Assembly (NCBI GenBank): GCA_002315915.1
Contig: DCIB01000002.1
Span: forward strand, 20,752 to 84,751
DNA length: 64,000 bases
Reading direction: 5' to 3'
Source: Bacillales bacterium UBA1737
GTDB taxonomy: Bacteria; Bacillota_I; Bacilli_A; ML615J-28; CAG-313
This document shows, piece after piece, positions 36,632 to 47,598 of this stretch. A program made the position numbers and the translations under genes. Below the pieces are notes generated by a model that ran no database searches, was not told the origin of the DNA, and saw only the letters and a program-made list of their open reading frames with translations. The first letter of the stretch is position 1, and each line of letters opens with the position of its first letter.

Positions 36632-37639
36632 ATGGCTGGAAAAGAAGAATTTAAATACCGAAAAGAAGAATATAAAAGACATTTAGAATCTAAATCTAAA
36701 AAGAAAGATTCTTATATAAATAAAAATATTAAAGTATATAATGTATCAAAAGAATCTATCTTATTTGATTTTTTATTAAATATATTAAAAGATCAATCTA
36801 AAAATAATATCAAGATGCTGCTTACAAAACATTTTGTTGCGGTAAATGGATTATGTGTAACCCAATATAATTATGAATTATATAAAGGCGATAGTGTTCA
36901 AATATCAAAAGTTGCTTTTACTAAAATGAATGATACTCCTATTAAAAAAGAAAACAATAAAGTCAAAGAATCTATTTTTAATACTATTGATATTATATAT
37001 GAAGATGATGAATTCTTAGTTATTAATAAACCAAGTGGATTATTAAGTGTAGAATCCGATAATGAAAAATGCAATACTGCGTATAAGATGGCTTTACAAT
37101 ATACTCAACAAGAATATAGTAAAAATATAAGATGTTTTCAAACTCATAGAATAGATAAAGAAACTTCTGGAGTACTTTTATTTTGTAAAGATTATGAACT
37201 TAATAATACATTGAAACATGTCTGGAATAAAGTAGTAACCATTAGAAAGTATGTTGCTATAACAGATGGACACTTACCAAAAAAAGAAGATACTATAACT
37301 AATTATTTATTAAAAAATGAAAATAATTTAATGTATTCATCAAAAGATTATGTTCATGGCGAAAAAGCAATAACTCATTATGTCGTAAAAAAGACTAATT
37401 CTAGATATTCTTTGGTAGATGTATATATAGATTCTGGCAAGAAAAATCAAATAAGAGTTACGTTAAATGATCTTAATTGTCCTATTATTGGTGATGATAA
37501 ATATGGTATGCCATCTAATCCAATTAATAGATTAGGACTACATGCGGAAGTATTAGAATTAAATCATCCTATAACTAATAAACATTATAAATTTGTTGCA
37601 CCAATACCATCATCATTTAGAAAGATATTCAGTAAATAA
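36632..37639 (+). CDS. RluA-family pseudouridine synthase with S4-like N-terminal domain
   Basis: HRIDKETSGVLLF catalytic motif, KNQIRV. Confidence 0.8.
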   Translation: MAGKEEFKYRKEEYKRHLESKSKKKDSYINKNIKVYNVSKESILFDFLLNILKDQSKNNIKMLLTKHFVAVNGLCVTQYNYELYKGDSVQISKVAFTKMNDTPIKKENNKVKESIFNTIDIIYEDDEFLVINKPSGLLSVESDNEKCNTAYKMALQYTQQEYSKNIRCFQTHRIDKETSGVLLFCKDYELNNTLKHVWNKVVTIRKYVAITDGHLPKKEDTITNYLLKNENNLMYSSKDYVHGEKAITHYVVKKTNSRYSLVDVYIDSGKKNQIRVTLNDLNCPIIGDDKYGMPSNPINRLGLHAEVLELNHPITNKHYKFVAPIPSSFRKIFSK

Positions 37640-38307
37640 TGCGATTATATTCATATATTAAGAATAATGCACAGCTTACTAAAAAGGAAGTTTTTGATTA
37701 TCAATCTAATGGTAGAATCAAGGTAAATGGTATAATTACTAATTTGTCTCATATCATTAAAGCAAACGAAATAGTTACACTAGATGATATAGAATTAAAA
37801 GAATTAGAGTATAATTATTATATATACAATAAACCTATTGGATATATTTGTACTAATGATTTAAATAATCCTAAATCATTATTTAATCATTTAATATTTA
37901 ATAAAAAAATACATACAGTAGGAAGACTCGATAAAGATACACATGGATTAATAATCCTTACTAATGATGGTAAATTTACTAATTATATTTTAAATAAAAA
38001 TAATTTAATAGAAAAAGAATATATTGTTGTTTTAAAATATGATGTAAACGATGAATTTATTAAGAAAATATCTTCAATTACCACTATCAATAATAAAAAT
38101 ATTGATAAACCAATTGTAAAAATAATTAATCATAACACAATAAGTATTATTATTCATGAAGGAATATATCATGAAGTAAGAGAATTAGTTAAATTATCTA
38201 ATAATAAAGTGATAGACTTACAAAGAGTAAGAATAGGTAATATAAAACTAAATGATTTAGAAATAGATAAATTTATAGAAATAAAAAATATAAAAGAATT
38301 AATTTAA
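37639..38307 (+). CDS. RsuA/RluB-family pseudouridine synthase
   Basis: GRLDKDTHGLIILTNDG, YHEVRE. TAATG overlap with the upstream gene. Confidence 0.75.
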   Translation: MRLYSYIKNNAQLTKKEVFDYQSNGRIKVNGIITNLSHIIKANEIVTLDDIELKELEYNYYIYNKPIGYICTNDLNNPKSLFNHLIFNKKIHTVGRLDKDTHGLIILTNDGKFTNYILNKNNLIEKEYIVVLKYDVNDEFIKKISSITTINNKNIDKPIVKIINHNTISIIIHEGIYHEVRELVKLSNNKVIDLQRVRIGNIKLNDLEIDKFIEIKNIKELI

Positions 38308-38326
38308 TAGAAAAGGAATTTAAATT

Positions 38327-39670
38327 ATGTCAAAAACATTAAAATGGATTTTAATCCCCGTATTATCACTATTAATTATTGCATGTTTAGTATTTATGGT
38401 AATACTACCAACTACATTTAATATTGATGAAACATTAATCAAAGCTAATGATAATTATTCAGTAGAATTAGTTGAAGATGAAGAGTTTACAACTTTAAAA
38501 AAGACTACTAATGAAGAATTTAAAGTAATGGCTTTTACTGATATGCATCTAGATGGTAATAAAGAAGAAGGCGAAATCACTTTAGAAATGATGATAAGAA
38601 ATATCGTTAAATATAAACCTGATTTTGTTGTATTAAATGGTGACTGTATTACAGCTGCATTTACTGGTTATAGAGCTCATCAATTATGTAAGATTTTTGA
38701 AAAGTTAGGTGTTTATTGGACTTATACTTTAGGTAATCATGAACATGATAATGATTTTTGTATGACTAGAGACAAACTTATGGCTTTATTTGCGTCATAT
38801 GAACATTGTGTAGCTAATGTAGAAACTAAAACTTTAAATGATGGAACAAGTGTATATGGTTATTCTAACGATGTTATCAATCTTCAAAATAAAGATGGTG
38901 ATCTTGTTCAATCATTAATCTTATTTGATGGTGGTCAAGATATTGCATCTAGCGATGCAGCTAAATATGAAGCAGAATATACAGCACTATCATTAAATCC
39001 TGGTTTTGCTGAAGCTGCTCAAAGAAAAACTGCTAAATCAGCTGCTAATGATAAAAATCCAAAAACATATACAGCATTAGATATAGCAAAAAGTGTTTAC
39101 GAATATGAATATATTAAAGCAACTCAAGTTACTTGGTATAAAGAAACTATTGCAAAACTAAAAGCTATTAATGCTAATGTTAAATCAACAATATTTAGCC
39201 ATATACCATTTAAAGAAATGTTAGATGCATATGTAACAATAACTGGTAATGAATATATATATTATTCTTCTGACAATACTATTGAAACTCCTACTTATAA
39301 CACAACTGGAGAATGTATTTTAGAAGGTAATAGAAGAGAGAATGTTTGTTGTTCAATTGTAACAGATGAAAATAATGAATTATGGAGTGCTATTAAAACT
39401 CTTGGTTCTACACAAGCAGTTTTCTGTGGTCATGATCATGTAAATGATTTTTCATTATTACACAATGGAATTATCATGGGTTATGTTCAACCATCAGGAT
39501 ATTCAAGTTATAACGTATTATCTAATAAACAAGGAACTGAATTAATTCAAGGATGTTCTATCTATGCATATGCAAATGATGGAACAATTACTTGTAATGA
39601 TTATTTAAATAATACTCTAGAAGGCTATTCAGATTTAAAAGCTTATATTCATTCTACTGTAAGACATTAA
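38327..39670 (+). CDS. Membrane-anchored calcineurin-like metallophosphoesterase
   Basis: N-terminal TM helix. FTDMHLD, LNGDCI, GNHEHD, CGHDHVNDF. Confidence 0.75.
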   Translation: MSKTLKWILIPVLSLLIIACLVFMVILPTTFNIDETLIKANDNYSVELVEDEEFTTLKKTTNEEFKVMAFTDMHLDGNKEEGEITLEMMIRNIVKYKPDFVVLNGDCITAAFTGYRAHQLCKIFEKLGVYWTYTLGNHEHDNDFCMTRDKLMALFASYEHCVANVETKTLNDGTSVYGYSNDVINLQNKDGDLVQSLILFDGGQDIASSDAAKYEAEYTALSLNPGFAEAAQRKTAKSAANDKNPKTYTALDIAKSVYEYEYIKATQVTWYKETIAKLKAINANVKSTIFSHIPFKEMLDAYVTITGNEYIYYSSDNTIETPTYNTTGECILEGNRRENVCCSIVTDENNELWSAIKTLGSTQAVFCGHDHVNDFSLLHNGIIMGYVQPSGYSSYNVLSNKQGTELIQGCSIYAYANDGTITCNDYLNNTLEGYSDLKAYIHSTVRH

Positions 39671-39688
39671 TAATAGGAGTATAAAGTT

Positions 39689-41101
39689 ATGAAAAACTTT
39701 ATGGATGACGATTTTCTGCTTGAAACAGAGACCGCTAAATCACTTTATCATAAATACGCATCAAAGATGCCTATTTATGATTACCATTGTCACTTATCAA
39801 TAAAAGAAATCTATGAAAATCGTCATTTTGACTCTATCACTGATTTATGGCTTGTTGATGGACATGCGGGAGATCATTACAAATGGCGTGCAATGCGAAA
39901 TAATGGAGTAGATGAATTCTATATTACTGGTAATGCTGATAAATTTGATAAATTTAAAATGTGGGCAGATACTATACCTTATTTAGTAGGTAATCCTTTA
40001 TTTGCGTGGACTCATTTAGAATTAAAAAAATATTTTGGTATAAATAAAGTATTAAATTTAAATAATGCAGAAGAAATATATAATAAAATGAATGATTTTT
40101 TAAAAGATCATGGAGCAAGAGATATCATTAATATGAGTGGTGTTGATACTATTTGTACAACAGATGATCCTATTGATGATTTACATTATCATATAAATCT
40201 TGCTAAAGATGATTCTTTTAAAGTAAAAGTATATCCTGCATTTAGACCTGATAAATTAATAAATATTGATTGGAATACATTTAATCCATATATTAAATCA
40301 TTAAGTGATGTAGTTGGATATGATATTAATTCCTTAGATAATTTATTAAAAGCTATTGATGAAAGAATTGAATTCTTTAATAGTGTAGGTTGCAAGATAT
40401 CTGATCATGCTTTAGATGTTGTTATGTATGAAGATGCTACATTTGATGAAGTTGATAAAATATTTGAAAAAGCTTTAAATAATGAAGAATTATCTAATAT
40501 AGATATAGCTAAATATAGAGGATTTATTGTATTTTATTTAGGTAAGAAATATCATGAATATAATTGGGTTCAACAATATCATATAAAAGCACAAAGAAAT
40601 AATAATTCTAAATCAATGAATAATCTTGGGCCTGATACAGGATTTGATTGTATAAGTGATACTCCTATAATTAAAAATCTAGCAAGAATTTTAGATAATT
40701 TAGATTCATGTGATAGTTTACCTAAAACTATTCTATATTCATTAAATCCATCTGATTTTGAAGCACTTGCTACTTTAGGATTTTGTTATACAGAAAAAGG
40801 AATACCTGGTAAAGTTCAATTAGGATCTGCTTGGTGGTTCTTAGATCAAAAAGATGGTATGGAACATCAATTAACCTCTTTATCAAATCTTGGACTTTTA
40901 TCTAGATTTGTTGGTATGTTAACTGATTCAAGAAGTTTCTTAAGTTATACAAGACATGAATATTTTAGAAGAATTCTTTGTAATAAGATAGGTCATTTTG
41001 TTGAAAATGGAGAATATCCAAATGATTTAGATTTCTTAGGTAAAGTTGTAGAAGATATTTGTTATAATAATGCTAAAAAATATTTTGATAGTAGTAGGTA
41101 A
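39689..41101 (+). CDS. uxaC: Glucuronate isomerase
   Basis: FLLETETAKSLYH, PIYDYHCHL, GMLTDSRSFLSYTRHEYFRRILC. Confidence 0.9.
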   Translation: MKNFMDDDFLLETETAKSLYHKYASKMPIYDYHCHLSIKEIYENRHFDSITDLWLVDGHAGDHYKWRAMRNNGVDEFYITGNADKFDKFKMWADTIPYLVGNPLFAWTHLELKKYFGINKVLNLNNAEEIYNKMNDFLKDHGARDIINMSGVDTICTTDDPIDDLHYHINLAKDDSFKVKVYPAFRPDKLINIDWNTFNPYIKSLSDVVGYDINSLDNLLKAIDERIEFFNSVGCKISDHALDVVMYEDATFDEVDKIFEKALNNEELSNIDIAKYRGFIVFYLGKKYHEYNWVQQYHIKAQRNNNSKSMNNLGPDTGFDCISDTPIIKNLARILDNLDSCDSLPKTILYSLNPSDFEALATLGFCYTEKGIPGKVQLGSAWWFLDQKDGMEHQLTSLSNLGLLSRFVGMLTDSRSFLSYTRHEYFRRILCNKIGHFVENGEYPNDLDFLGKVVEDICYNNAKKYFDSSR

Positions 41102-41106
41102 TTAAT

Positions 41107-41724
41107 ATGAATGTATTAGAAGAAATAGGTAAAATTAAAGTTGTACCAGTAGTAACACTTAAAAAGATTGAAGAAACAATTCCAACAATTGATGCGTTAA
41201 TAAAAGGCGATGTAAAAGTAGCTGAAGTATGTTTTAGAACTGAATGTGCACCAGAATGTATTCGTCTTGCATGTGAACATTATAAAAATGATTGTTTAAT
41301 TGGTGCAGGTACTGTTATTAATGCTGAACAATGTAAGTTTGCTATTGAATGTGGAGCTAAGTTTATTGTATCTCCTGGATTAAGTTTAGATGTAGCACAT
41401 GTTTGTATCGATAATAATATTCCATATTTACCAGGAGTTGTAACTCCTACAGAAATTATGCAAGCAATATCTTTAGGAATAAATGTTGTAAAGTTTTTCC
41501 CAGCTGGTATATTTGGTGGATTAAAAGCTATTAAAGCACTTGGTGCAGCTTTTCCTCAAATAAAGTTTATGCCTACTGGTGGTGTTGATAATTCTAATTT
41601 AAAAGAATTTATTGAATGCGATAAAATATTTGCTTGTGGTGGATCTTTCTTATGTAAAGGAACACCTGATGAAATAACTCAATCTTGTAGTTTAGCAAGA
41701 AGTATTATTAAAGGAGAAAAGTAA
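41107..41724 (+). CDS. eda: KDPG / 4-hydroxy-2-oxoglutarate aldolase
   Basis: VPVVTL, GAGTV, KFFPAG, MPTGGV. Confidence 0.85.
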   Translation: MNVLEEIGKIKVVPVVTLKKIEETIPTIDALIKGDVKVAEVCFRTECAPECIRLACEHYKNDCLIGAGTVINAEQCKFAIECGAKFIVSPGLSLDVAHVCIDNNIPYLPGVVTPTEIMQAISLGINVVKFFPAGIFGGLKAIKALGAAFPQIKFMPTGGVDNSNLKEFIECDKIFACGGSFLCKGTPDEITQSCSLARSIIKGEK

Positions 41725-42746
41725 TGTCTAAAGTAGTAACAATGGGAGAAATAATGTTACGTTTATCATCTCCTGGTAATACAAGATTTGTACAATGTGA
41801 TAGTTTTGATGTATGTTATGGTGGTGGTGAAGCAAATGTTGCAGTAAGTCTTGCTAATTACGGACATGATGCATATTTTGTATCTAAAGTACCTTCTCAT
41901 GAAATAGGTCAATGTGCTATTAATGCATTAAGAAAATTTGGAGTACATACTGATTATATTGCTCGTGGTGGTAAAAGACTTGGTATATATTATTTAGAAA
42001 CTGGAGCTTCTATGAGACCTTCTAAAGTAATATATGATAGAGCTGGATCGTCTATTGCAGAAGCAAGTATTAATGATTTTAATTTTGATGAAGTATTTGA
42101 AGGTGCTGACTGGTTCCATTTTTCAGGAATAACACCAGCTATATCTGATGCATCAGCAGAAGTATTAAAAGAAGCGTTAATTACTGCTAAAAAACATAAT
42201 GTTACAGTATCATGTGATTTAAATTTTAGAAAGAAATTATGGACTTCAGAAAAAGCTATATCTATAATGAAACCACTTATGAAATATGTAGATGTATGTA
42301 TAGGCAATGAAGAAGATGCAGCATTATGTTTAGGATTTAAACCAGATGCCGATGTAGAAAAAGGAAATACTGATGCAAAAGGATATTTCAACATATTTAA
42401 ACAAATGAAAGAAGAATTTGGTTTTAAATATGTTGTATCAACTCTTCGTGAATCATATTCAGCTACTCATAATGGGTGGAAAGCTCTAATATATGATGGT
42501 AATGAATTTTATGAATCACGTCATTATGATATTGATCCTATTATTGATAGGGTTGGTGGTGGAGATTCATTTGCTGGTGGATTAATCCATGGATTATTAA
42601 AATTTAAAGATCAAGCAAAAGCACTTGAATTTGCTGTTGCAGCAAGTGCATTAAAACATACTATACCAACTGATTTCAATATGGTATCAGAAGATGAAGT
42701 ATTAGCTTTAGCTAATGGAAATGCATCTGGTAGAGTACAAAGATAA
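41724..42746 (+). CDS. kdgK: 2-dehydro-3-deoxygluconokinase (PfkB family)
   Basis: GGGEANVAVSLA, GGGDSFAGGLIHGL. TAATG overlap with eda. Confidence 0.85.
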   Translation: MSKVVTMGEIMLRLSSPGNTRFVQCDSFDVCYGGGEANVAVSLANYGHDAYFVSKVPSHEIGQCAINALRKFGVHTDYIARGGKRLGIYYLETGASMRPSKVIYDRAGSSIAEASINDFNFDEVFEGADWFHFSGITPAISDASAEVLKEALITAKKHNVTVSCDLNFRKKLWTSEKAISIMKPLMKYVDVCIGNEEDAALCLGFKPDADVEKGNTDAKGYFNIFKQMKEEFGFKYVVSTLRESYSATHNGWKALIYDGNEFYESRHYDIDPIIDRVGGGDSFAGGLIHGLLKFKDQAKALEFAVAASALKHTIPTDFNMVSEDEVLALANGNASGRVQR

Positions 42747-42749
42747 TAA

Positions 42750-42782
42750 ATCAGCATATTACATACAATGTAATATGCTGAT
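42750..42782 (+). terminator. Rho-independent terminator
   Basis: ATCAGCATATTACAT (42750-42764) / ATGTAATATGCTGAT (42768-42782), 15-bp stem. Confidence 0.75.
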
Positions 42783-42858
42783 ATTTAATTTTTATAATAT
42801 ATTGTTATGAAATATAATTATTGTTATAATATAACTGATTAGAAGAAAGGATTCTAAA

Positions 42859-44076
42859 ATGAAAAAAATAATTTTAAGTTTATTTTTTATATTTTTATTT
42901 ACTTTTATTTTTATTAGTTGTGGTGAAAAGGAGAAATTTGAAGCACCAACTTTATTAGAAGTATACCAAGATTCAAATGGTAATGTATTAGCTAAGTATT
43001 CCGGATATTCATCATATAGTTCTCCAGAGTTTTCATTTGATGCTGAAAATTGGAATATGACTATGGTAAAAGAAAATAATACTTGTGAACTTTTAAGTTA
43101 TAATTCTGTACTTAACAATGGAACATTTACATACAGAACTACAGATGGTAATTCAGTATCTTTTACACCATCTCGAGTTCAAATATATTTAAGACAATCT
43201 GCTACATCTGAAAAAGATGTTAGTGAACAATCAAATTCAATATATTATAATGTAAAAGTACCTTGTAATTCTATTACATTTAGTAGCTCAGATAATCTTG
43301 TTATTGGTACTTCACATAAAGATAATGCAATGTATTATAATCCAAATACATTATATGGTGTTGCGTATTCAGTATCTAATAAAAAATATTATTTTTCAAA
43401 ACATTCCGCAAAGAATGTTATAACTAATGGTGTTGGTGATTATACATATGATGATTGCGTAGAACACTATTGCGAAAATTTAGAATATCTTATTGTTGAT
43501 TCTACATTTGAAACAGCGCCAACAAATGAGTTTATTGAAAATTATGCTAAACTGCATGCCGGAGAATTCACTTCTACTTATGATGGAACAATTAATGTTA
43601 CTGATGCTAATTTTTATAATTCAACTATATCATCGAATGCCAAATATTGTTCAGTTTTAGTAAGAATTAAAGAAACTTCTACTCATTTAGCATCAAGTTT
43701 TATGTGCGTTAAGTTCCAAAAATATGAGATTAACTATACTCCTATTTGCCAAATAAATGTACAAAATCTTTATATTTGGGGATCTAATAATTCAGATTAT
43801 GATCTATCATTTTATATTGCAGATCAATCTGTTTCTGTAGCAAAAACTGAATTATTAAATGCTTTCTATTTAACATATAATGATACTTATAATACAACTA
43901 CTGGACCCCAAACTTTAGATAATTTAACTGTAACATGTAATGAACTAGGTGAAAACTTAACTGTTAGTGATGTAGGTAATACTTATAGTATCGTTTTCAA
44001 ACAAAACAACACAACAATTACTACTAAAAAAATTAAAATATTCCAAGGAAATCCTACAAATCCGCAAATTAATTAA
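42859..44076 (+). CDS. Hypothetical lipoprotein
   Basis: Signal peptide with lipobox FISC (Cys21). Asn/Ser/Thr/Tyr-rich mature part, no family recognised. Confidence 0.6.
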   Translation: MKKIILSLFFIFLFTFIFISCGEKEKFEAPTLLEVYQDSNGNVLAKYSGYSSYSSPEFSFDAENWNMTMVKENNTCELLSYNSVLNNGTFTYRTTDGNSVSFTPSRVQIYLRQSATSEKDVSEQSNSIYYNVKVPCNSITFSSSDNLVIGTSHKDNAMYYNPNTLYGVAYSVSNKKYYFSKHSAKNVITNGVGDYTYDDCVEHYCENLEYLIVDSTFETAPTNEFIENYAKLHAGEFTSTYDGTINVTDANFYNSTISSNAKYCSVLVRIKETSTHLASSFMCVKFQKYEINYTPICQINVQNLYIWGSNNSDYDLSFYIADQSVSVAKTELLNAFYLTYNDTYNTTTGPQTLDNLTVTCNELGENLTVSDVGNTYSIVFKQNNTTITTKKIKIFQGNPTNPQIN

Positions 44077-44082
44077 ATAATT

Positions 44083-44116
44083 AAAAAGCTATATTTTATA
44101 AATATAGCTTTTTTTA
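44083..44116 (+). terminator. Rho-independent terminator
   Basis: AAAAAGCTATATT (44083-44095) / AATATAGCTTTTT (44101-44113) plus T run. Confidence 0.8.
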
Positions 44117-44174
44117 ATACAAAGAAATAATATATATATTTTGGTATAATATACATATATTAAGGGGAATTAAT

Positions 44175-45512
44175 ATGGAAAATATAAAAGTTACTTCTGG
44201 CAATAATACTTATATTGGTATTAAGGAAGAAAAAATTAATAAATTTATCGGTCTTCCATACGCAACAACACCCAGATTTTGCATGCCAAAAAAATATGAA
44301 TCTGATACTGATATTGATTGTACCAATATAGAAATAGATTGTCCTCAAGAATCTGCATATTATGATGCAGGAACTCAACCTAATCCAAATAGTTTCTATG
44401 TTAAAGAATTTGGTAAAACAAAAGAATACTATTTTGATGAAAATGTAGTTAGTTTAAATATATATGCACCACATGATGCAAAGAATGCTCCTGTAGTTGT
44501 ATTTTTACATGGTGGAGCATTTGAAGTTGGATGTTTAGGTGATGTTCCTTATTCATATTCAGATGAATATGCTAAAAGGGGTATTATATTAGTAATATTA
44601 GGATATAGATTAAATATATTTTCTCAATATGATGGATTAAATCTAGGATTAAAAGATGTTTTATTTGGAATGAAGTGGATTAATGAACATATTAAAGACT
44701 TTGGTGGAGGAGGGCCTGTCACATTAATGGGTCAATCTGCTGGCGCAATGTTAAGTTTTGATTTACTTTGTAGTGATAAATTAAAAGGTTTAGTTGATCG
44801 TGCAATATTAATGAGTGGAATATATTATTTTCCTGATATAGTTCGTCCTAGATATAAAAATGAATCTCATAAATATTTTAATAAAATGGTTAAAGTATGT
44901 AGATTAAAAGAATCAAGAGAATTATTAGAATTAGATGATAAGAGTCTATATTTAGGATACATGGAGTTGAAGAAAAAATACCCATTATTAGGAACTCTTA
45001 ATTTTCATCCATCTATAGATGGAATGATATTAAAAGAAACTCAAAAGAAAGCATTAAATAAAGGACATATTTTAGATATTCCAATGATTATAGGTGTATG
45101 TAATAATGATATGGTAGCTCCTTATGTATTAAGAAATAGTTATGAAATAGGTAAAAAACTATATAAACAAAATCATTCTTGCGTATATGGATATTTCTTT
45201 GATAGAAATTTACCAGGTGATAATTCGTTAGCGTTCCATGCAGCTGATTTATGGTATGCTTTTGGCAATATGGAAGAATGTTGGAGACCTTTTGAAGAGT
45301 TAGATTATAAATTAAAAGATAAAATGATTGATTATTTTTCCACATTTATAAAAACTGGAAATCCAAACAATAATACTTTATATAAATGGGATCCTATGTA
45401 TGTAGATAAATCATTTATTCATTTTAAAGATAATGATAGTACATCTATTAAATTAAATAAAATGAAAAAGATATGCTGGGATAACTTTATTAATAAAAGA
45501 GGTGTATTTTAA
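44175..45512 (+). CDS. Type-B carboxylesterase/lipase family protein
   Basis: VFLHGGAFEVG oxyanion region, GQSAGA nucleophile elbow. Confidence 0.8.
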   Translation: MENIKVTSGNNTYIGIKEEKINKFIGLPYATTPRFCMPKKYESDTDIDCTNIEIDCPQESAYYDAGTQPNPNSFYVKEFGKTKEYYFDENVVSLNIYAPHDAKNAPVVVFLHGGAFEVGCLGDVPYSYSDEYAKRGIILVILGYRLNIFSQYDGLNLGLKDVLFGMKWINEHIKDFGGGGPVTLMGQSAGAMLSFDLLCSDKLKGLVDRAILMSGIYYFPDIVRPRYKNESHKYFNKMVKVCRLKESRELLELDDKSLYLGYMELKKKYPLLGTLNFHPSIDGMILKETQKKALNKGHILDIPMIIGVCNNDMVAPYVLRNSYEIGKKLYKQNHSCVYGYFFDRNLPGDNSLAFHAADLWYAFGNMEECWRPFEELDYKLKDKMIDYFSTFIKTGNPNNNTLYKWDPMYVDKSFIHFKDNDSTSIKLNKMKKICWDNFINKRGVF

Positions 45513-45513
45513 A

Positions 45514-46014
45514 ATGAATATAAGACTTGTAGATCTAAATGATTTAGAAGAAATATTAAATACATATAGCATCGCAAGATCTATTATGAAAGAATCAGGT
45601 AATCCTAACCAATGGGGAGATTCTTGGCCACCTAAAGATGTATTAATAGATGATATTAATAAACATCAATTATATTGTGTATTAAATGATTTAAATGAAA
45701 TAGTAGGTTGTTTTGCCGCAATAGAAGGTATTGAAGAAACATATTTAGATATTGAAGATGGTAAATGGTTAAATAATTGTGAATATGTTACTATTCATAG
45801 ACTTGCTAGTAATAAAAAAGGACATAATGTATTTCATGATGCTATATCTTTTATGAAAAATAAGTATAATAAAGATATTAGAATAGATACACATGAAGAT
45901 AATTTGATAATGCAACACCTTATTTATAAAGAAGGATTTAAATATACAGGAATTATATATGTATATAATGGAAATGGTAGAGGAAAAAGACTTGCTTATC
46001 AGCTTGTAAAGTAA
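45514..46014 (+). CDS. GNAT-family N-acetyltransferase (probable)
   Basis: Start at ATG 45514 after AGAGG. Size and beta-alpha pattern of GNAT (IVGCFAAIEG...VTIHRLA), weak motif A. Confidence 0.55.
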   Translation: MNIRLVDLNDLEEILNTYSIARSIMKESGNPNQWGDSWPPKDVLIDDINKHQLYCVLNDLNEIVGCFAAIEGIEETYLDIEDGKWLNNCEYVTIHRLASNKKGHNVFHDAISFMKNKYNKDIRIDTHEDNLIMQHLIYKEGFKYTGIIYVYNGNGRGKRLAYQLVK

Positions 46015-46020
46015 TTTATG

Positions 46021-46066
46021 AAAACGCTTAAATATTTATTTTCACAATATTTAAGCGTTTTTTTTG
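46021..46066 (+). terminator. Rho-independent terminator
   Basis: AAAACGCTTAAATATT (46021-46036) / AATATTTAAGCGTTTT (46046-46061), T run to 46066. Confidence 0.85.
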
Positions 46067-46104
46067 ATAAAATTAATTATATTTATTTTAAGGAGTATAA
46101 ATAA

Positions 46105-46908
46105 ATGACATTTGAATTAGATCAACCGATAATATTTGTTATTGTTGGTATTATATTGGCTCTAGTTATTGTGCAGTCGACACAATCTTTGATTCGTGCC
46201 AAACGACGTGCAAAAGAACTTGGAGTAAGCGGTACTGTAATTAAAAAGACAATTATTGGAGCTGCTGTTTTTTCAATTGCACCTTCTATTGCAATAGTGT
46301 TAGGTGTTATTACTTTATCTAAAGCATTAGGGTTAGCTTTCCCATGGTTTAGATTATCTGTTGTTGGATCTTTAACTTATGAATCAAGTGCTTTTGGTAT
46401 GGCTATTGAAGCTCTAAATAAAGCAACTGGATCAAGTTTAACAACTAATACAACAATTACTGATGTACAAGATTTTATAACAATAGCGTTTGTTATGACA
46501 TCTGGTATTTTATCTGGACCATTACTTGTTCCTTTTGTAACTGAAAAGTTTAATAAAGGTATGCTTGATATTGGTATGAAAGATAAAAAATGGGGAGAGC
46601 TATTAAATACTGCATTATTTATGGGTTTAATTTCTGCTTTCTTGGGTATGGTATTTACTCATATGTCAGATTTGTTCTCAGCTGAACAAGTGGTTAACTG
46701 GGGTACGGTTAAAGATCCGGATCTACATACTAAATTTGAATGCTTGATTGCACCACTTGCAATGCTTACATCAAGTGTTACTATTGCAGTATTAGGTTTA
46801 TTAAGTAAGAAACCTAAATTAAAATGGTTATTAGATTATGCTTTACCATTTAGTATGATTGTAGGTATGGCTGTTGCTATTCCACTAACAATGTGGCTTG
46901 CAGCTTAA
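46105..46908 (+). CDS. Hypothetical integral membrane protein
   Basis: Multiple hydrophobic helices. First gene of a three-gene unit ending with an M20 peptidase. Confidence 0.5.
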   Translation: MTFELDQPIIFVIVGIILALVIVQSTQSLIRAKRRAKELGVSGTVIKKTIIGAAVFSIAPSIAIVLGVITLSKALGLAFPWFRLSVVGSLTYESSAFGMAIEALNKATGSSLTTNTTITDVQDFITIAFVMTSGILSGPLLVPFVTEKFNKGMLDIGMKDKKWGELLNTALFMGLISAFLGMVFTHMSDLFSAEQVVNWGTVKDPDLHTKFECLIAPLAMLTSSVTIAVLGLLSKKPKLKWLLDYALPFSMIVGMAVAIPLTMWLAA

Positions 46909-46923
46909 TAGGAGGTATCGAAA

Positions 46924-47598
46924 ATGAATAATAAAACATATCTTCAAAAGACTCATATGTGGGGTCGTTTTTGGTCAGTATTAATATTCTTATTAATTTG
47001 TTCTTTTCCTTTCCTATTATGTTTGATATATAAATCTGGTCCTAAATGGGATGGTTTATGGGAAGGTATCTTAGCTGTTTGTCCTTTATATTGTGCTGTA
47101 GGTTTGATTGAACTATTTACATATTTACCAATGCTAGGTAATGGTGCAACATATATGGCATTTATTACTGGTAATATTGCAAATTTAAAATTACCATGCG
47201 CATTAGATGCATTAGATAAAGCTGGATTAAAAGCTTCTAGTGAAGAAGGTGAATGTATATCTACAATTGCTATTGCAACATCGAATATTGTAACAACATT
47301 TGTTATTGTATTAGGTGTATTATTAATTGTTCCTCTAAAACCTATTTTAACTAATCCAATATTAGATCCTGCATTTACTAATATGCTTCCAGCATTATTT
47401 GGTGGACTTGCTGTATTCTTTATATCTAAGAATGTAAAAGTTGCTATATTCCCAATGATTCTTATGTTAATACTATTTATTGCAATACCTGGATTAAATG
47501 TTTCTATCATGGTTCCAGTAGGTGTAATATTCTCTATTGTATGTACAAGAATCATGTATAAAAAGGGAGTATTTGACGATAAGAAGGCTAAAGAATGA
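46924..47598 (+). CDS. Hypothetical integral membrane protein
   Basis: Polytopic. Its end overlaps the M20 peptidase start (ATGA). Confidence 0.5.
   Translation: MNNKTYLQKTHMWGRFWSVLIFLLICSFPFLLCLIYKSGPKWDGLWEGILAVCPLYCAVGLIELFTYLPMLGNGATYMAFITGNIANLKLPCALDALDKAGLKASSEEGECISTIAIATSNIVTTFVIVLGVLLIVPLKPILTNPILDPAFTNMLPALFGGLAVFFISKNVKVAIFPMILMLILFIAIPGLNVSIMVPVGVIFSIVCTRIMYKKGVFDDKKAKE

Noticed and set aside
46953-47555. 200-aa ORF on the minus strand inside the 46924-47598 membrane-protein gene
   Set aside because: The plus-strand product has clean TM helices and sits in a coupled operon. The minus-strand translation is low-complexity N/I/T-rich with no RBS or promoter context, so it is most likely an antisense shadow ORF.
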